From NCBI RefSeq assembly GCF_001457615.1, contig NZ_LN831024.1, positions 4,560,001 through 4,592,000 on the forward strand: 32,000 nucleotides of DNA, read 5' to 3'. This DNA is from Pseudomonas aeruginosa (lineage in GTDB: Bacteria; Pseudomonadota; Gammaproteobacteria; Pseudomonadales; Pseudomonadaceae). How positions within the stretch are numbered: the first letter of the stretch is position 1; each line of letters begins with the position of its first letter. Position numbers and translations under genes: made by a program. The notes under the pieces are model-generated. The model was not told the DNA's origin. It was given only the letters and a program-made list of their open reading frames with translations, and made no database searches. This document shows positions 1-10,866 of this stretch, one piece after another.

Positions 1-66
1 CCCCTGGCGTTATCCGCGGGGCTCCGGAGAATCGGCGGACAACCGCCAGGCGGTTATCCGCCCTAC
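1..66. repeat. REP/BIME-like palindromic repeat pair (left unit truncated by window edge)
   Basis: GGCGTTATCCGC at 6-17 and GGCGGACAACCGCCAGGCGGTTATCCGCCCTAC at 34-66; the second matches the 8591-8623 unit at 28 of 33 positions by eye. Confidence 0.7.
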
Positions 67-122
67 GACTCCCGACAAGCCGGGGTGCGATCGTCGCGAA
101 GGGCGCCGCCCACCACTCCCGC

Positions 123-1070
123 TCAGTTCGCCAACCCACCGCTCTCCGCCAGGCTGCGCTCGTCCGCGGCGAGCATCGCCGGCATGTGCTCGCGGAGGAA
201 CTCGACCCAGGTGCGGATCTTCGCATCCAGGTACTGCCGCGAGGGGTAGAGGGCGTAGACGTTGAGATGGAACAGGCTATAGCGCGGCAACACCCGCACC
301 AGGCTGCCGTCCTTCAGGCCGTTGACCGCCGCGTACACCGGCAGCGCGCCGATACCCATGCCGGAGACCACCGCCTCGGTCATGGCGTCGGCGGTGTTGA
401 CCTGGAAATGCGTCTGGTTGATGCAGGCCAGTTCCTGGCCGTCGGGCCCGTCGAACAGCCAGCGGTCCAGCGACATCACCGAGTTCACCAGGCGCAGGCA
501 ACGGTGCGCGGACAGCTCCGCCGGCAGCTTGGGGAAGCCATGCGCGGCAATGTAGCCCGGCGAGGCGCATAGGATGCTGTAGGTCTGGCCGATGCACTTG
601 GAGACGAAACCGGAGTCCGGCAGCTCGGGGGCGATCACCACGGAAATGTCGTAGCCCTCGTCGAGAATGTCGGTGATCCGGTTGGCCAGGGTCAGGTCGA
701 AGCCAACCTCCGGGTAGGTCTCGCAATATTGCGAGATGGCCTTGATCAGGTAGTGCTGGCCGATGCCGGTCATCGCGTGGACCTTCAGCGTGCCCGACGG
801 CCGCGCATGGGCGTCGCCCGCCTCGGCCTCGGCCTCCTCGATGTAGGCGAGTATCTGCTGGGCGCGCATCAGGTAGCGCTGCCCGGCTTCGGTCAGCGCG
901 ATGCGCCGGGTGGTGCGATGCAGCAGGCGGGTCTGCAGGTGGGCCTCCAGCTTGGCCACCGCACGGGAGACATAGGCGGTCGTCAGGTCCAGGCGCTGGG
1001 CGGCGGCAGTGAAACTGCCGGTCTCCGCGACGCTGACGAACGCGCGCATATTGAACAGGATATCCATCAC
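123..1070 (-). CDS. LysR-family transcriptional regulator
   Basis: 315 aa; N-terminal HTH 'MRAFVSVAETGSFTAAAQRLDLTTAYVSRAVAKLEAHLQTRLLHRTTRRIALTEAG' typical of LysR, followed by a substrate-binding domain. Confidence 0.93.
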   Translation of the reverse strand: MMDILFNMRAFVSVAETGSFTAAAQRLDLTTAYVSRAVAKLEAHLQTRLLHRTTRRIALTEAGQRYLMRAQQILAYIEEAEAEAGDAHARPSGTLKVHAMTGIGQHYLIKAISQYCETYPEVGFDLTLANRITDILDEGYDISVVIAPELPDSGFVSKCIGQTYSILCASPGYIAAHGFPKLPAELSAHRCLRLVNSVMSLDRWLFDGPDGQELACINQTHFQVNTADAMTEAVVSGMGIGALPVYAAVNGLKDGSLVRVLPRYSLFHLNVYALYPSRQYLDAKIRTWVEFLREHMPAMLAADERSLAESGGLAN

Positions 1071-1286
1071 GGCCCTCTAGGCTCTGACGCTTATGGCGCG
1101 TCTCTTTTCCACGCAACCCGGAGGACACCCCAAGGCGGCGCAGATTCTGTCACGAGTCAACCCACCTATTATTGCCTTTTGTGACAAAAATTTTTCACCT
1201 ATCCGAGCTCTTATCCGCAAGCGCGGGCGCTCCTAGAATTCCCAGCCGTTTCGGCCTCCCCTCGCCGTCGTTCAGGATTCGCAGCA

Positions 1287-3482
1287 GTGCCCCGCGCCAC
1301 CCGGAAAGGTCTCCCCCTGGTTCCACCGGCTCCCCTCGCGTTCTTTCCCAGCCCCGACGAATTGCGCCGCGCCCTGCTCGAATGGGCGCGTAGCGACGGC
1401 GTCGCCTGGGTCTTCGTGTTCAAGGCCCTGCTCACCGCCAGCCTCGCCCTGTGGCTGGCCTATCGCCTGGAGCTGCCGCAGCCGAGCACGGTGCTGGTGA
1501 CGGTCTTCATCGTCATGCAGACGCAGAGCGGGCAGGTCCTAGCCAAGAGCTTCTACCGCATCGTCGGAACCCTGATCGGCCTCAGCGTGATGGTCACTCT
1601 GATCGCCCTGTTCGCCCAGGAGCGCGTGCTGTTCCTCGCCTGCCTGGCGCTCTGGGTCGGCCTGTGCACCGCCGGCGCCGCGCGCTACCGCGATTTCCGC
1701 GGCTACGCCTGCGTACTCGCCGGCTACACCGCGACCATGATCGGGATTCCAGCCACCGCGCACCCGGAAGGCGCCTTCATGGCGGCGCTGTGGCGGGTCC
1801 TGGAAATATCCCTGGGCATCCTCTGCACCGGTACCGTCAGCGCCATCTTCCTGCCGCAGACCAGCGGCGCCGCCCTGCGCAACACACTCTACGGGCGCTT
1901 CCGCGACTTCGCCGGTTTCGCCGCCGAAGGCCTGCAGGGCAGCCTCGACGGCGAGCGCTTCGGCGAGCTCAGCGCGCGCTTCGTCGCCCAGTCCGTGGGC
2001 CTGGAAAACCTGCGCAGCGCCACTACTTTCGAAGATCCGCACATGCGCCTGCGCAGCGGCCGGCTGATTCGCCTGAACAACGAATTCATGGTCATGACCA
2101 GTCGCTTCCACGGCCTCCACCGCCTGCTCGAACGCCTGCGCGGGCGCGGGGCGCAGAATGTCCTGGAGGTCCTGGCGCCCTGCCTGGCGGAGCTTGCCGG
2201 GCTGCTCGCGCCGATTCGCGAACGGACGCCCACCGACGCCGACGCCGCGCGCCTGGCCGAACGCATCGAGGCCTACAAGCCGGAACTGATGCAGAACATC
2301 CGCCAGGCCCGCCAGCGCCTGGTGGAGCAGCGCCCCGGCGAGAACGACCTGCTGGATTTCAACACCGCTGCCGAACTGGCCTTCCGTTTCACCGACGACC
2401 TGCACAACTACGCCCTGACCCACGCTTCCCTGGCCGAACACCACCATGCCCGCGAGCAATGGAAGGAAAGCTTCGTCGCCCGCGCCAACCCGGTCGCCGC
2501 GCTGGTCGCCGGAGCGCGCAGCGCGCTGATGATCGGCCTGCTCGGCACGTTCTGGATCCAGACCTCCTGGCCCCACGGCGGCACCTTCGCCCTCACCGCG
2601 GTACTGATCTCGGCGCTCTCCTCGACCTCGCCGAATCCCGGCCGGTTGTCGCTGCAACTCACCCTCGGGACCCTCGCCGGGGCCTGCATCGGGCTGTTCG
2701 TGCTGCTCTACCTGCTACCCCACGTGGACGGTTTCCCGATGCTGCTCTGCTGCCTGCTGCCGGTCTTCGCGGTCGGCGCCCTGCTGCTCTGGCGGCCGCA
2801 GTGGAACGGCTACGGCGTCGGCCTACTGGTGTGGTTCTGCTTCGCCTCGCTGCCGGCCAACATGGCGCGCTACGACGCCCTGGCCTTCTTCAACGAATAC
2901 CTGGCACTACTCTTGTCGATGGTCCTCGCCACGGTCGCCGCCATGGTGATCCTGCCGCCGAACCGGCCGTGGATGTGGAAGCGCCTGGAGCACGACCTGC
3001 GCGAGCGGGTGGTGTTCGCCATCAGCGGCAAGAGCAAGGGCCTGGTCTCCGGTTTCGAAAGCGGCACCCGCGACCTGCTGAACCAGGCCTACACCTTCTC
3101 CGCCGGCCGCCCGGACGTGCAACGCCGGTTGCTGGGCTGGATGTTCCTGGTGCTGGAGGTCGGCCAGGCGATCATTGAGCTGCGCCTCGAACAGCAACGC
3201 CTGCCCCAGGAGCCCTGCTACGCCGAACGCACCGCCTGGCGCCGGGCGATCCGCCTGATGGGCCGGGCGCTGATCCGGCTGTTCCTGCAACCCGGGCCGA
3301 GCAACCGCCAGCGCGCCCTGCACGCGGTGAACCAGGCGATCATGGCGGTACGGGCGGCGCCGGAGCCGCGCGCACCGCAGTTCGATACCTCGCCGCTGCG
3401 ACGGGTGCTCAGCTACCTGCACTTCATTCGCAGCGCCCTGCTCGACCCGCAATCGCCCCTGGGCCAGGAAAGAAACCCGTGA
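1287..3482 (+). CDS. FUSC-family inner membrane protein (aromatic acid exporter/YccS-like)
   Basis: 731 aa ORF with two sets of hydrophobic helices and FUSC signatures (e.g. 'TVLVTVFIVMQTQSGQVLAKSFYRIVGTLIGL', 'PNPGRLSLQLTLGTLAGACIG'). GTG start in track; exact start uncertain. Confidence 0.82.
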   Translation: MPRATRKGLPLVPPAPLAFFPSPDELRRALLEWARSDGVAWVFVFKALLTASLALWLAYRLELPQPSTVLVTVFIVMQTQSGQVLAKSFYRIVGTLIGLSVMVTLIALFAQERVLFLACLALWVGLCTAGAARYRDFRGYACVLAGYTATMIGIPATAHPEGAFMAALWRVLEISLGILCTGTVSAIFLPQTSGAALRNTLYGRFRDFAGFAAEGLQGSLDGERFGELSARFVAQSVGLENLRSATTFEDPHMRLRSGRLIRLNNEFMVMTSRFHGLHRLLERLRGRGAQNVLEVLAPCLAELAGLLAPIRERTPTDADAARLAERIEAYKPELMQNIRQARQRLVEQRPGENDLLDFNTAAELAFRFTDDLHNYALTHASLAEHHHAREQWKESFVARANPVAALVAGARSALMIGLLGTFWIQTSWPHGGTFALTAVLISALSSTSPNPGRLSLQLTLGTLAGACIGLFVLLYLLPHVDGFPMLLCCLLPVFAVGALLLWRPQWNGYGVGLLVWFCFASLPANMARYDALAFFNEYLALLLSMVLATVAAMVILPPNRPWMWKRLEHDLRERVVFAISGKSKGLVSGFESGTRDLLNQAYTFSAGRPDVQRRLLGWMFLVLEVGQAIIELRLEQQRLPQEPCYAERTAWRRAIRLMGRALIRLFLQPGPSNRQRALHAVNQAIMAVRAAPEPRAPQFDTSPLRRVLSYLHFIRSALLDPQSPLGQERNP

Positions 3483-3750
3483 GCCGGTCGCAAAGCCGCG
3501 GCGCAGAAGGCCACAGGGATATTGTTACCGATCCGTACAAGGTTCTTGTCTTGACTGAGTCTATATGTCGCAGCCTATCCCAACTTACAATAAACCCAAC
3601 AGCCGAAGTTAACTCCCGTTGAACTTCGACTCCGCAACTTGATTGCAGACTTACTTACCCAGCCTTGTTTATCGAGTTGCCCCGGTGACCTGTCCGCCTG
3701 TCTTCCGACGGCAGATCGTACCCACTCAGAAACTACTCAGGTAAATAGTA

Positions 3751-4017
3751 ATGAAGGCTTTCGCCCTGATGGCCCTGTTCGCCTGCTCGCCGCTGGTGAT
3801 GGCGGCTGGCGCCCAGGATCAACCTGCCAGCCAGCAGGAAAACGCTGTTGAAGAATATGCCTATGGCATGCAACTGGATGTGGCTCGCGTTATATCTTCA
3901 ACCGACACTTCCAATGCCTGCGGCATCGTTCCCGCACGCATGACCTACGAAGATTCGAACGGCCAGAAACATACCGTCGAATATCAGGTCTGGGGCAACG
4001 GCTGCACTGGCGGCTAA
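3751..4017 (+). CDS. small secreted/periplasmic protein, DUF2790-type
   Basis: 88 aa with signal peptide 'MKAFALMALFACSPLVMAAGA' and 'YAYGMQLDVARVISS...CGIVPARMTYEDSNGQKHTVEYQVWGNGC', which resembles the Pseudomonas DUF2790 paralog family. Confidence 0.8.
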   Translation: MKAFALMALFACSPLVMAAGAQDQPASQQENAVEEYAYGMQLDVARVISSTDTSNACGIVPARMTYEDSNGQKHTVEYQVWGNGCTGG

Positions 4018-4222
4018 ACTCTGCTCGACCTCCGAAGGATCGCGCCACGAGGGGCAGCTCGCCCATCCGGCGCGATCATTGTGTACTCGGCGGCGACAAT
4101 CCCGCCCCTCGGCGAACATCCTGGCCGTCTTCCCCACGCCTCATCGTGCTGCCGCCCTTTCACAAGGGCCGACGCCTCCACCGTTTCTTTCCCAGCCTGC
4201 AACAAACCGGCAAGCATGCCGC

Positions 4223-5782
<1,560 letters not shown>

Positions 5783-5920
5783 GGCGTGGCCCGGTGTTGT
5801 CGTTCTGATGGGCTCGCGGCCGGTTTTTTAACTCCCGGCCGGAAATTTCCGTCAAGAATATGTGACAGTTAGACTCACCAGCAACAATGCCTGACCCAAT
5901 GAACAGGCGACCCAGGCCAA

Positions 5921-5942
5921 TTCGTAAGGAAAACTTTACGAA
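5921..5942. promoter_or_regulatory. TyrR/PhhR box in the phhR-phhA intergenic region
   Basis: TTCGTAAGGAAAACTTTACGAA: TTCGTAA/TTACGAA arms; the inner 18 nt CGTAAG-GAAAAC-TTTACG fit TGTAAA-N6-TTTACA. Confidence 0.78.
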
Positions 5943-6065
5943 AACGCCGATTCCTCCCCGTTGCCCGGTCCCTATCCGGGGCTGCACGGACCGTCCCGAC
6001 GCGGTATCGATAAGGCAACGACAACAACAAAGACCCCGCGGCCACAAGCCGCTCATGGAGTCCGT

Positions 6066-6854
6066 ATGAAAACGACGCAGTACGTGGCCCGCCAGCCCGA
6101 CGACAACGGTTTCATCCACTATCCGGAAACCGAGCACCAGGTCTGGAATACCCTGATCACCCGGCAACTGAAGGTGATCGAAGGCCGCGCCTGTCAGGAA
6201 TACCTCGACGGCATCGAACAGCTCGGCCTGCCCCACGACCGGATCCCCCAGCTCGACGAGATCAACAGGGTTCTCCAGGCCACCACCGGCTGGCGCGTGG
6301 CGCGGGTTCCGGCGCTGATTCCGTTCCAGACCTTCTTCGAACTGCTGGCCAGCCAGCAATTCCCCGTCGCCACCTTCATCCGCACCCCGGAAGAACTGGA
6401 CTACCTGCAGGAGCCGGACATCTTCCACGAGATCTTCGGCCACTGCCCACTGCTGACCAACCCCTGGTTCGCCGAGTTCACCCATACCTACGGCAAGCTC
6501 GGCCTCAAGGCGAGCAAGGAGGAACGCGTGTTCCTCGCCCGCCTGTACTGGATGACCATCGAGTTCGGCCTGGTCGAGACCGACCAGGGCAAGCGCATCT
6601 ACGGCGGCGGCATCCTCTCCTCGCCGAAGGAGACCGTCTACAGCCTCTCCGACGAGCCGCTGCACCAGGCCTTCAATCCGCTGGAGGCGATGCGCACGCC
6701 CTACCGCATCGACATCCTGCAACCGCTCTATTTCGTCCTGCCCGACCTCAAGCGCCTGTTCCAACTGGCCCAGGAAGACATCATGGCGCTGGTCCACGAG
6801 GCCATGCGCCTGGGCCTGCACGCGCCGCTGTTCCCGCCCAAGCAGGCGGCCTGA
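6066..6854 (+). CDS. phhA: phenylalanine 4-monooxygenase
   Basis: 262 aa from [10 protein letters not shown]; biopterin-dependent hydroxylase motifs including '[14 protein letters not shown]'; followed by phhB and phhC. Confidence 0.98.
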
Positions 6855-6958
6855 CGAGAAACGCCGCCGCCGCGGCTGACCCCGCGGCGGCCTTGTACTA
6901 TGGTGGACGGGCACGGCCCGTCCGCCGCTCCCACATGCGACAACCAAGGACTCCCACC

Positions 6959-7315
6959 ATGACCGCACTCACCCAAGCCCATTGCGAAGCCTGCCGCGCA
7001 GACGCCCCGCACGTCAGCGACGAAGAACTGCCCGTGCTGCTGCGGCAGATCCCGGATTGGAACATCGAAGTCCGCGACGGCATCATGCAACTGGAGAAGG
7101 TCTACCTGTTCAAGAACTTCAAGCATGCCCTGGCCTTCACCAATGCCGTCGGCGAGATATCCGAGGCCGAAGGCCACCATCCGGGCCTGCTGACCGAGTG
7201 GGGCAAAGTCACCGTGACCTGGTGGAGCCACTCGATCAAGGGCCTGCACCGCAACGACTTCATCATGGCGGCGCGCACCGACGAGGTAGCGAAAACCGCC
7301 GAGGGGCGCAAATGA
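6959..7315 (+). CDS. phhB: 4a-hydroxytetrahydrobiopterin dehydratase (DCoH/PCD)
   Basis: 118 aa; '[40 protein letters not shown]' is the PCD signature. Confidence 0.97.
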
Positions 7316-8511
7316 GTCATTTCGCCAAGGTCGCCCGCGTACCGGGCGACCCGATCCTGGGCCTGCTCGACGCCTACCGCAACGATCCGCGCGCGGACAA
7401 GCTGGACCTCGGCGTCGGTGTCTACAAGGATGCCCAGGGCCTGACCCCGATCCTGCGCTCGGTGAAACTCGCCGAGCAGCGCCTGGTCGAGCAGGAAACC
7501 ACCAAGAGCTACGTCGGCGGCCACGGCGATGCGCTGTTCGCCGCGCGCCTGGCGGAACTGGCGCTCGGCGCCGCCTCGCCGCTGTTGCTGGAGCAACGCG
7601 CCGACGCCACCCAGACGCCCGGCGGCACCGGCGCCTTGCGCCTGGCCGGCGACTTCATCGCCCATTGCCTGCCCGGCCGCGGCATCTGGCTGAGCGACCC
7701 GACCTGGCCGATCCACGAGACCCTGTTCGCCGCCGCCGGCCTGAAGGTTTCCCACTACCCCTACGTCAGCGCCGACAACCGCCTGGATGTCGAGGCGATG
7801 CTTGCTGGCCTGGAGCGCATTCCCCAGGGAGACGTGGTGCTGCTGCATGCCTGCTGCCACAACCCGACCGGTTTCGACCTGAGCCACGACGACTGGCGCA
7901 GGGTGCTCGACGTGGTGCGTCGCCGCGAGCTGCTGCCGCTGATCGACTTCGCCTACCAGGGCTTCGGCGACGGTCTCGAGGAAGACGCCTGGGCGGTACG
8001 CCTGTTCGCCGGCGAACTGCCGGAGGTGCTGATCACCAGTTCCTGCTCGAAGAACTTCGGCCTGTACCGCGACCGCGTCGGTGCGCTGATCGTCTGCGCG
8101 CAGAACGCCGAGAAGCTCACCGACCTGCGTAGCCAACTGGCCTTCCTCGCCCGAAACCTCTGGTCGACCCCGCCGGCGCATGGCGCCGAGGTGGTCGCGG
8201 CGATCCTCGGCGACAGCGAGTTGAAGGGACTCTGGCAGGAAGAGGTCGAAGGCATGCGCTCGCGCATCGCCAGCCTGCGCATCGGCCTGGTCGAAGCCCT
8301 GGCGCCGCACGGCCTGGCCGAGCGCTTCGCCCATGTCGGCGCGCAACGCGGGATGTTTTCCTATACCGGACTGAGCCCGCAGCAGGTCGCTCGGCTGCGC
8401 GACGAGCACGCCGTTTACCTGGTCTCCAGCGGCCGGGCCAACGTCGCCGGTCTCGACGCGCGCCGCCTCGACCGCCTGGCGCAAGCCATCGCCCAGGTCT
8501 GCGCGGACTGA
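7312..8511 (+). CDS. phhC: aromatic amino-acid aminotransferase
   Basis: 399 aa class I aminotransferase, '[14 protein letters not shown]' PLP-lysine motif; ATG overlaps the phhB stop (ATGA). Confidence 0.96.
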
Positions 8512-8529
8512 ACCCTCACGGTTACCCTG

Positions 8530-8556
8530 AGCCGGCTGTGATGGCCGGCTTTTTTT
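8530..8556 (+). terminator. Rho-independent terminator after phhC
   Basis: AGCCGGC-TGTGATG-GCCGGCT followed by a 7-T run. Confidence 0.85.
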
Positions 8557-8590
8557 CGCCCCAGCGAATGCCGCGCACTCCCGCCGAGGC

Positions 8591-8676
8591 GGCGGATAAC
8601 CGCGTTGCGGTTATTCGCCCTACCGCACCACGACCTTGTGGGCGTAGGGCGAATAACGCCACAGGCGTTATCCGCC
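8591..8676. repeat. REP/BIME-like pair of inverted 33-nt palindromic units
   Basis: GGCGGATAACCGCGTTGCGGTTATTCGCCCTAC (8591-8623) and the inverted GTAGGGCGAATAACGCCACAGGCGTTATCCGCC (8644-8676). Each unit can itself fold. Confidence 0.85.
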
Positions 8677-8824
8677 GAACCTCTCTGAACCGGGCCAACC
8701 ATAAGTCAGCACTTTCAAAGCCCTACGTGCTTTTCCTACAAAAGAGCATAAAATGCTCAATTATGGGCACCAGTTCACACTGCGCCCCACGGCCCCCACT
8801 TTCTCGTCTTAGTGAGCAACGCAC

Positions 8825-9757
8825 GTGAGAAACCGTCTCCTGTCACTGGTCACCCTGTTCCTGTCCCTCAGCGTTGCCACCGCGGTATCCGCCTCCCCGC
8901 CGCCCAAGGCCGGGCTGCCGCTGCAACAGGAGCTGGCGTCGGGCAGCGCGCTGGTTACCGACCAGAACACCGGCAAGGTGCTCTACTCGCGCAACCCCGA
9001 CCTGGTGGTGCCGATCGCCTCGATCACCAAGCTGATGACCGCCATGGTCGTGCTCGACTCGAAACTGCCGCTGGACGAGGTACTGCCGATCGCCATCAGC
9101 GAGACCAGCGAAATGCGCGGGGTGTTTTCCCGGGTGCGGGTCGGCAGCCAGATCAGCCGCCGGGACATGCTCCTGCTCGCCCTGATGTCCTCGGAGAACC
9201 GCGCCGCCGCCAGCCTCGCGCAGAACTATCCGGGCGGCAAGAACGCCTTCGTCAAGGCGATGAACGCCAAGGCTCACGCCCTGGGAATGAAGAACACCCG
9301 CTACGTCGAGCCGACCGGGCTGTCGCTGCACAACGTCTCCACCGCTCGCGACCTCACCCGCCTGCTGGTGGCCAGCCGGCAATATCCGCTGCTCAGTCAG
9401 TGGAGCACCACTCCGGAGAAGACCGTGGCCTTCCGCCACCCCAACTACACCCTGGGCTTCCGCAACACCAACCACCTGATCAACAACAAGACCTGGAACA
9501 TCCAGTTGACCAAGACCGGCTTCACCAACGAAGCAGGCCACTGCCTGGTGATGCGTACCACGATCAACCGCAATCCGGTCAATCTGGTGGTGCTGGACGC
9601 CTTCGGCAAGTACACCCACTTCGCCGACGCCACGCGCCTGCGACGCTGGCTGGAAACCGGCCAGGTCACTGCGATCCCGGCCGCGGCCAAGGCCTATCGC
9701 CTGCAACGCGACCGCGAGCGCGGCCTCGGCCAGCCGGTGGCCCAGGCCGTACGCTGA
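8825..9757 (+). CDS. pbpG: D-alanyl-D-alanine endopeptidase (PBP7/PbpG-like)
   Basis: 310 aa; signal peptide; active-site motifs SxxK 'SITK', SxN 'SSEN' and KTG 'KTGFTNEAG'; GTG start. Confidence 0.94.
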   Translation: MRNRLLSLVTLFLSLSVATAVSASPPPKAGLPLQQELASGSALVTDQNTGKVLYSRNPDLVVPIASITKLMTAMVVLDSKLPLDEVLPIAISETSEMRGVFSRVRVGSQISRRDMLLLALMSSENRAAASLAQNYPGGKNAFVKAMNAKAHALGMKNTRYVEPTGLSLHNVSTARDLTRLLVASRQYPLLSQWSTTPEKTVAFRHPNYTLGFRNTNHLINNKTWNIQLTKTGFTNEAGHCLVMRTTINRNPVNLVVLDAFGKYTHFADATRLRRWLETGQVTAIPAAAKAYRLQRDRERGLGQPVAQAVR

Positions 9758-9779
9758 TCCGTCGCGAAGACCGGCCGGC

Positions 9780-10193
9780 TCAGAAATCCACCTTGCCGCG
9801 CCCGGCCTTCACCGCGCCGCGCTTGGCCTTGCCGTCCAGCCGGCGCTTCTGCGAGCCGCGCGTAGGCTTGGTCGGGCGGCGCGCCTTCTGCACCTTGGCC
9901 ACGCTGCGGATCAACTCCGCCAGGCGCTCCAGGGCATCCTCGCGGTTCTGCTCCTGGGTCCGGTACTGCTGGGCCTTGATCACCACCACGCCGTCGCCGC
10001 TGATGCGCTGGTCGTTCAGTGCCAGCAGACGCTCCTTGTAGAACGGCGGCAACGACGAGGCCTGGATGTCGAAGCGCAGGTGCACCGCGCTGGAGACCTT
10101 GTTGACGTTCTGCCCGCCGGCGCCCTGGGCGCGAATGGCATTCAGCTCGATCTCATGGTCGGGCAGGTGGACGGCATTGGAGATGATCAGCAT
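9780..10193 (-). CDS. arfB: alternative ribosome-rescue factor ArfB / peptidyl-tRNA hydrolase YaeJ-like
   Basis: 137 aa starting at [16 protein letters not shown]; '[22 protein letters not shown]' GGQ domain and a basic C-terminal tail. The track ORF is 5'-extended to 10289. Confidence 0.93.
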   Translation of the reverse strand: MLIISNAVHLPDHEIELNAIRAQGAGGQNVNKVSSAVHLRFDIQASSLPPFYKERLLALNDQRISGDGVVVIKAQQYRTQEQNREDALERLAELIRSVAKVQKARRPTKPTRGSQKRRLDGKAKRGAVKAGRGKVDF

Positions 10194-10256
10194 GGGGCGG
10201 CACGGTGGACCAACGGGCTGCCAGCATAACCCCTTTGCCGAGCGGAGAAGCAGGCC

Positions 10257-10282
10257 AAAAGAAACCCGGCCGCGGCCGGGTT
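10257..10282 (-). terminator. Rho-independent terminator after mliC
   Basis: AACCCGGCC-GC-GGCCGGGTT perfect 9-bp stem (10263-10282) followed on the minus strand by TTTCTTTT. Confidence 0.82.
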
Positions 10283-10313
10283 CCTTCATTTCGGCTAAGG
10301 CGCCAGGTCGAAC

Positions 10314-10697
10314 TCAACGCTCCTTGCAGGCGACCCCGTCGGTGGGCTCGCCGCCCTTCCAGTCGCCGTAGAGGGTGGCTTCCTCGCCCTTGGTCCACCA
10401 GATGTACTGGCCGGCGGCGTACTTGGCGCCGGAGGCGGAAATCACATTGCTGAAGACCAGCGTCGAGTTGTCGCTGACCGGCACCACGGCGAGGCTGTTG
10501 TCGCCCTTGTTCAGGTACTGCACGGTGAACTTGCGACCGTTCTCGCACTTGTAGTCGACGCTGCGGGTATCCAGCTTGGCATCCCCCGGCAGGGCCAGGT
10601 AATCGACCTGGGCGGTCTGCTTGTCGTCGTCGCTGCCGCCGCAGGCGACCAGGACCACGGGAACGGCAGCCAGAAGCAGCCAGAGCGCTTTTTTCAT
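10314..10697 (-). CDS. mliC: membrane-bound lysozyme inhibitor of c-type lysozyme (lipoprotein)
   Basis: 127 aa from 'MKKALWLLLAAVPVVLVACGG' (lipobox LVAC), 'VDYKCENGRKFTVQYLN...ASGAKYAAGQYIWWTKGEEATLY' MliC fold. Track ORF has an extra 12 residues. Confidence 0.93.
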   Translation of the reverse strand: MKKALWLLLAAVPVVLVACGGSDDDKQTAQVDYLALPGDAKLDTRSVDYKCENGRKFTVQYLNKGDNSLAVVPVSDNSTLVFSNVISASGAKYAAGQYIWWTKGEEATLYGDWKGGEPTDGVACKER

Positions 10698-10866
10698 GGA
10701 AATCCCTCTAACGAGAAAAAATGGCGCTGCCACTGTAGGAATTCGGCACCTGCCGCGTCAACGACAGGCGCCCCTAGAAAAAGTCTTGTGGGCCGCCGGG
10801 ACACGCAAAGGAGCGCTCCTCTCTCCTCTGCGCGCCGGCGCCCCATCGATCACTCGGTGACCGGCT

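Noticed and set aside
5783-6065. Vfr/CRP-like site around TGTGACAGTTAGACTCAC
   Set aside because: Half-site spacing does not fit TGTGA-N6-TCACA.
5887-6069. 60-aa ORF in the phhR-phhA intergenic region as a possible leader peptide
   Set aside because: It covers the TyrR box and has no run of Phe/Tyr codons; it is better explained as regulatory DNA.
8538-8828. 96-aa ORF between phhC and pbpG
   Set aside because: It starts inside the phhC terminator and reads through both REP-like units.
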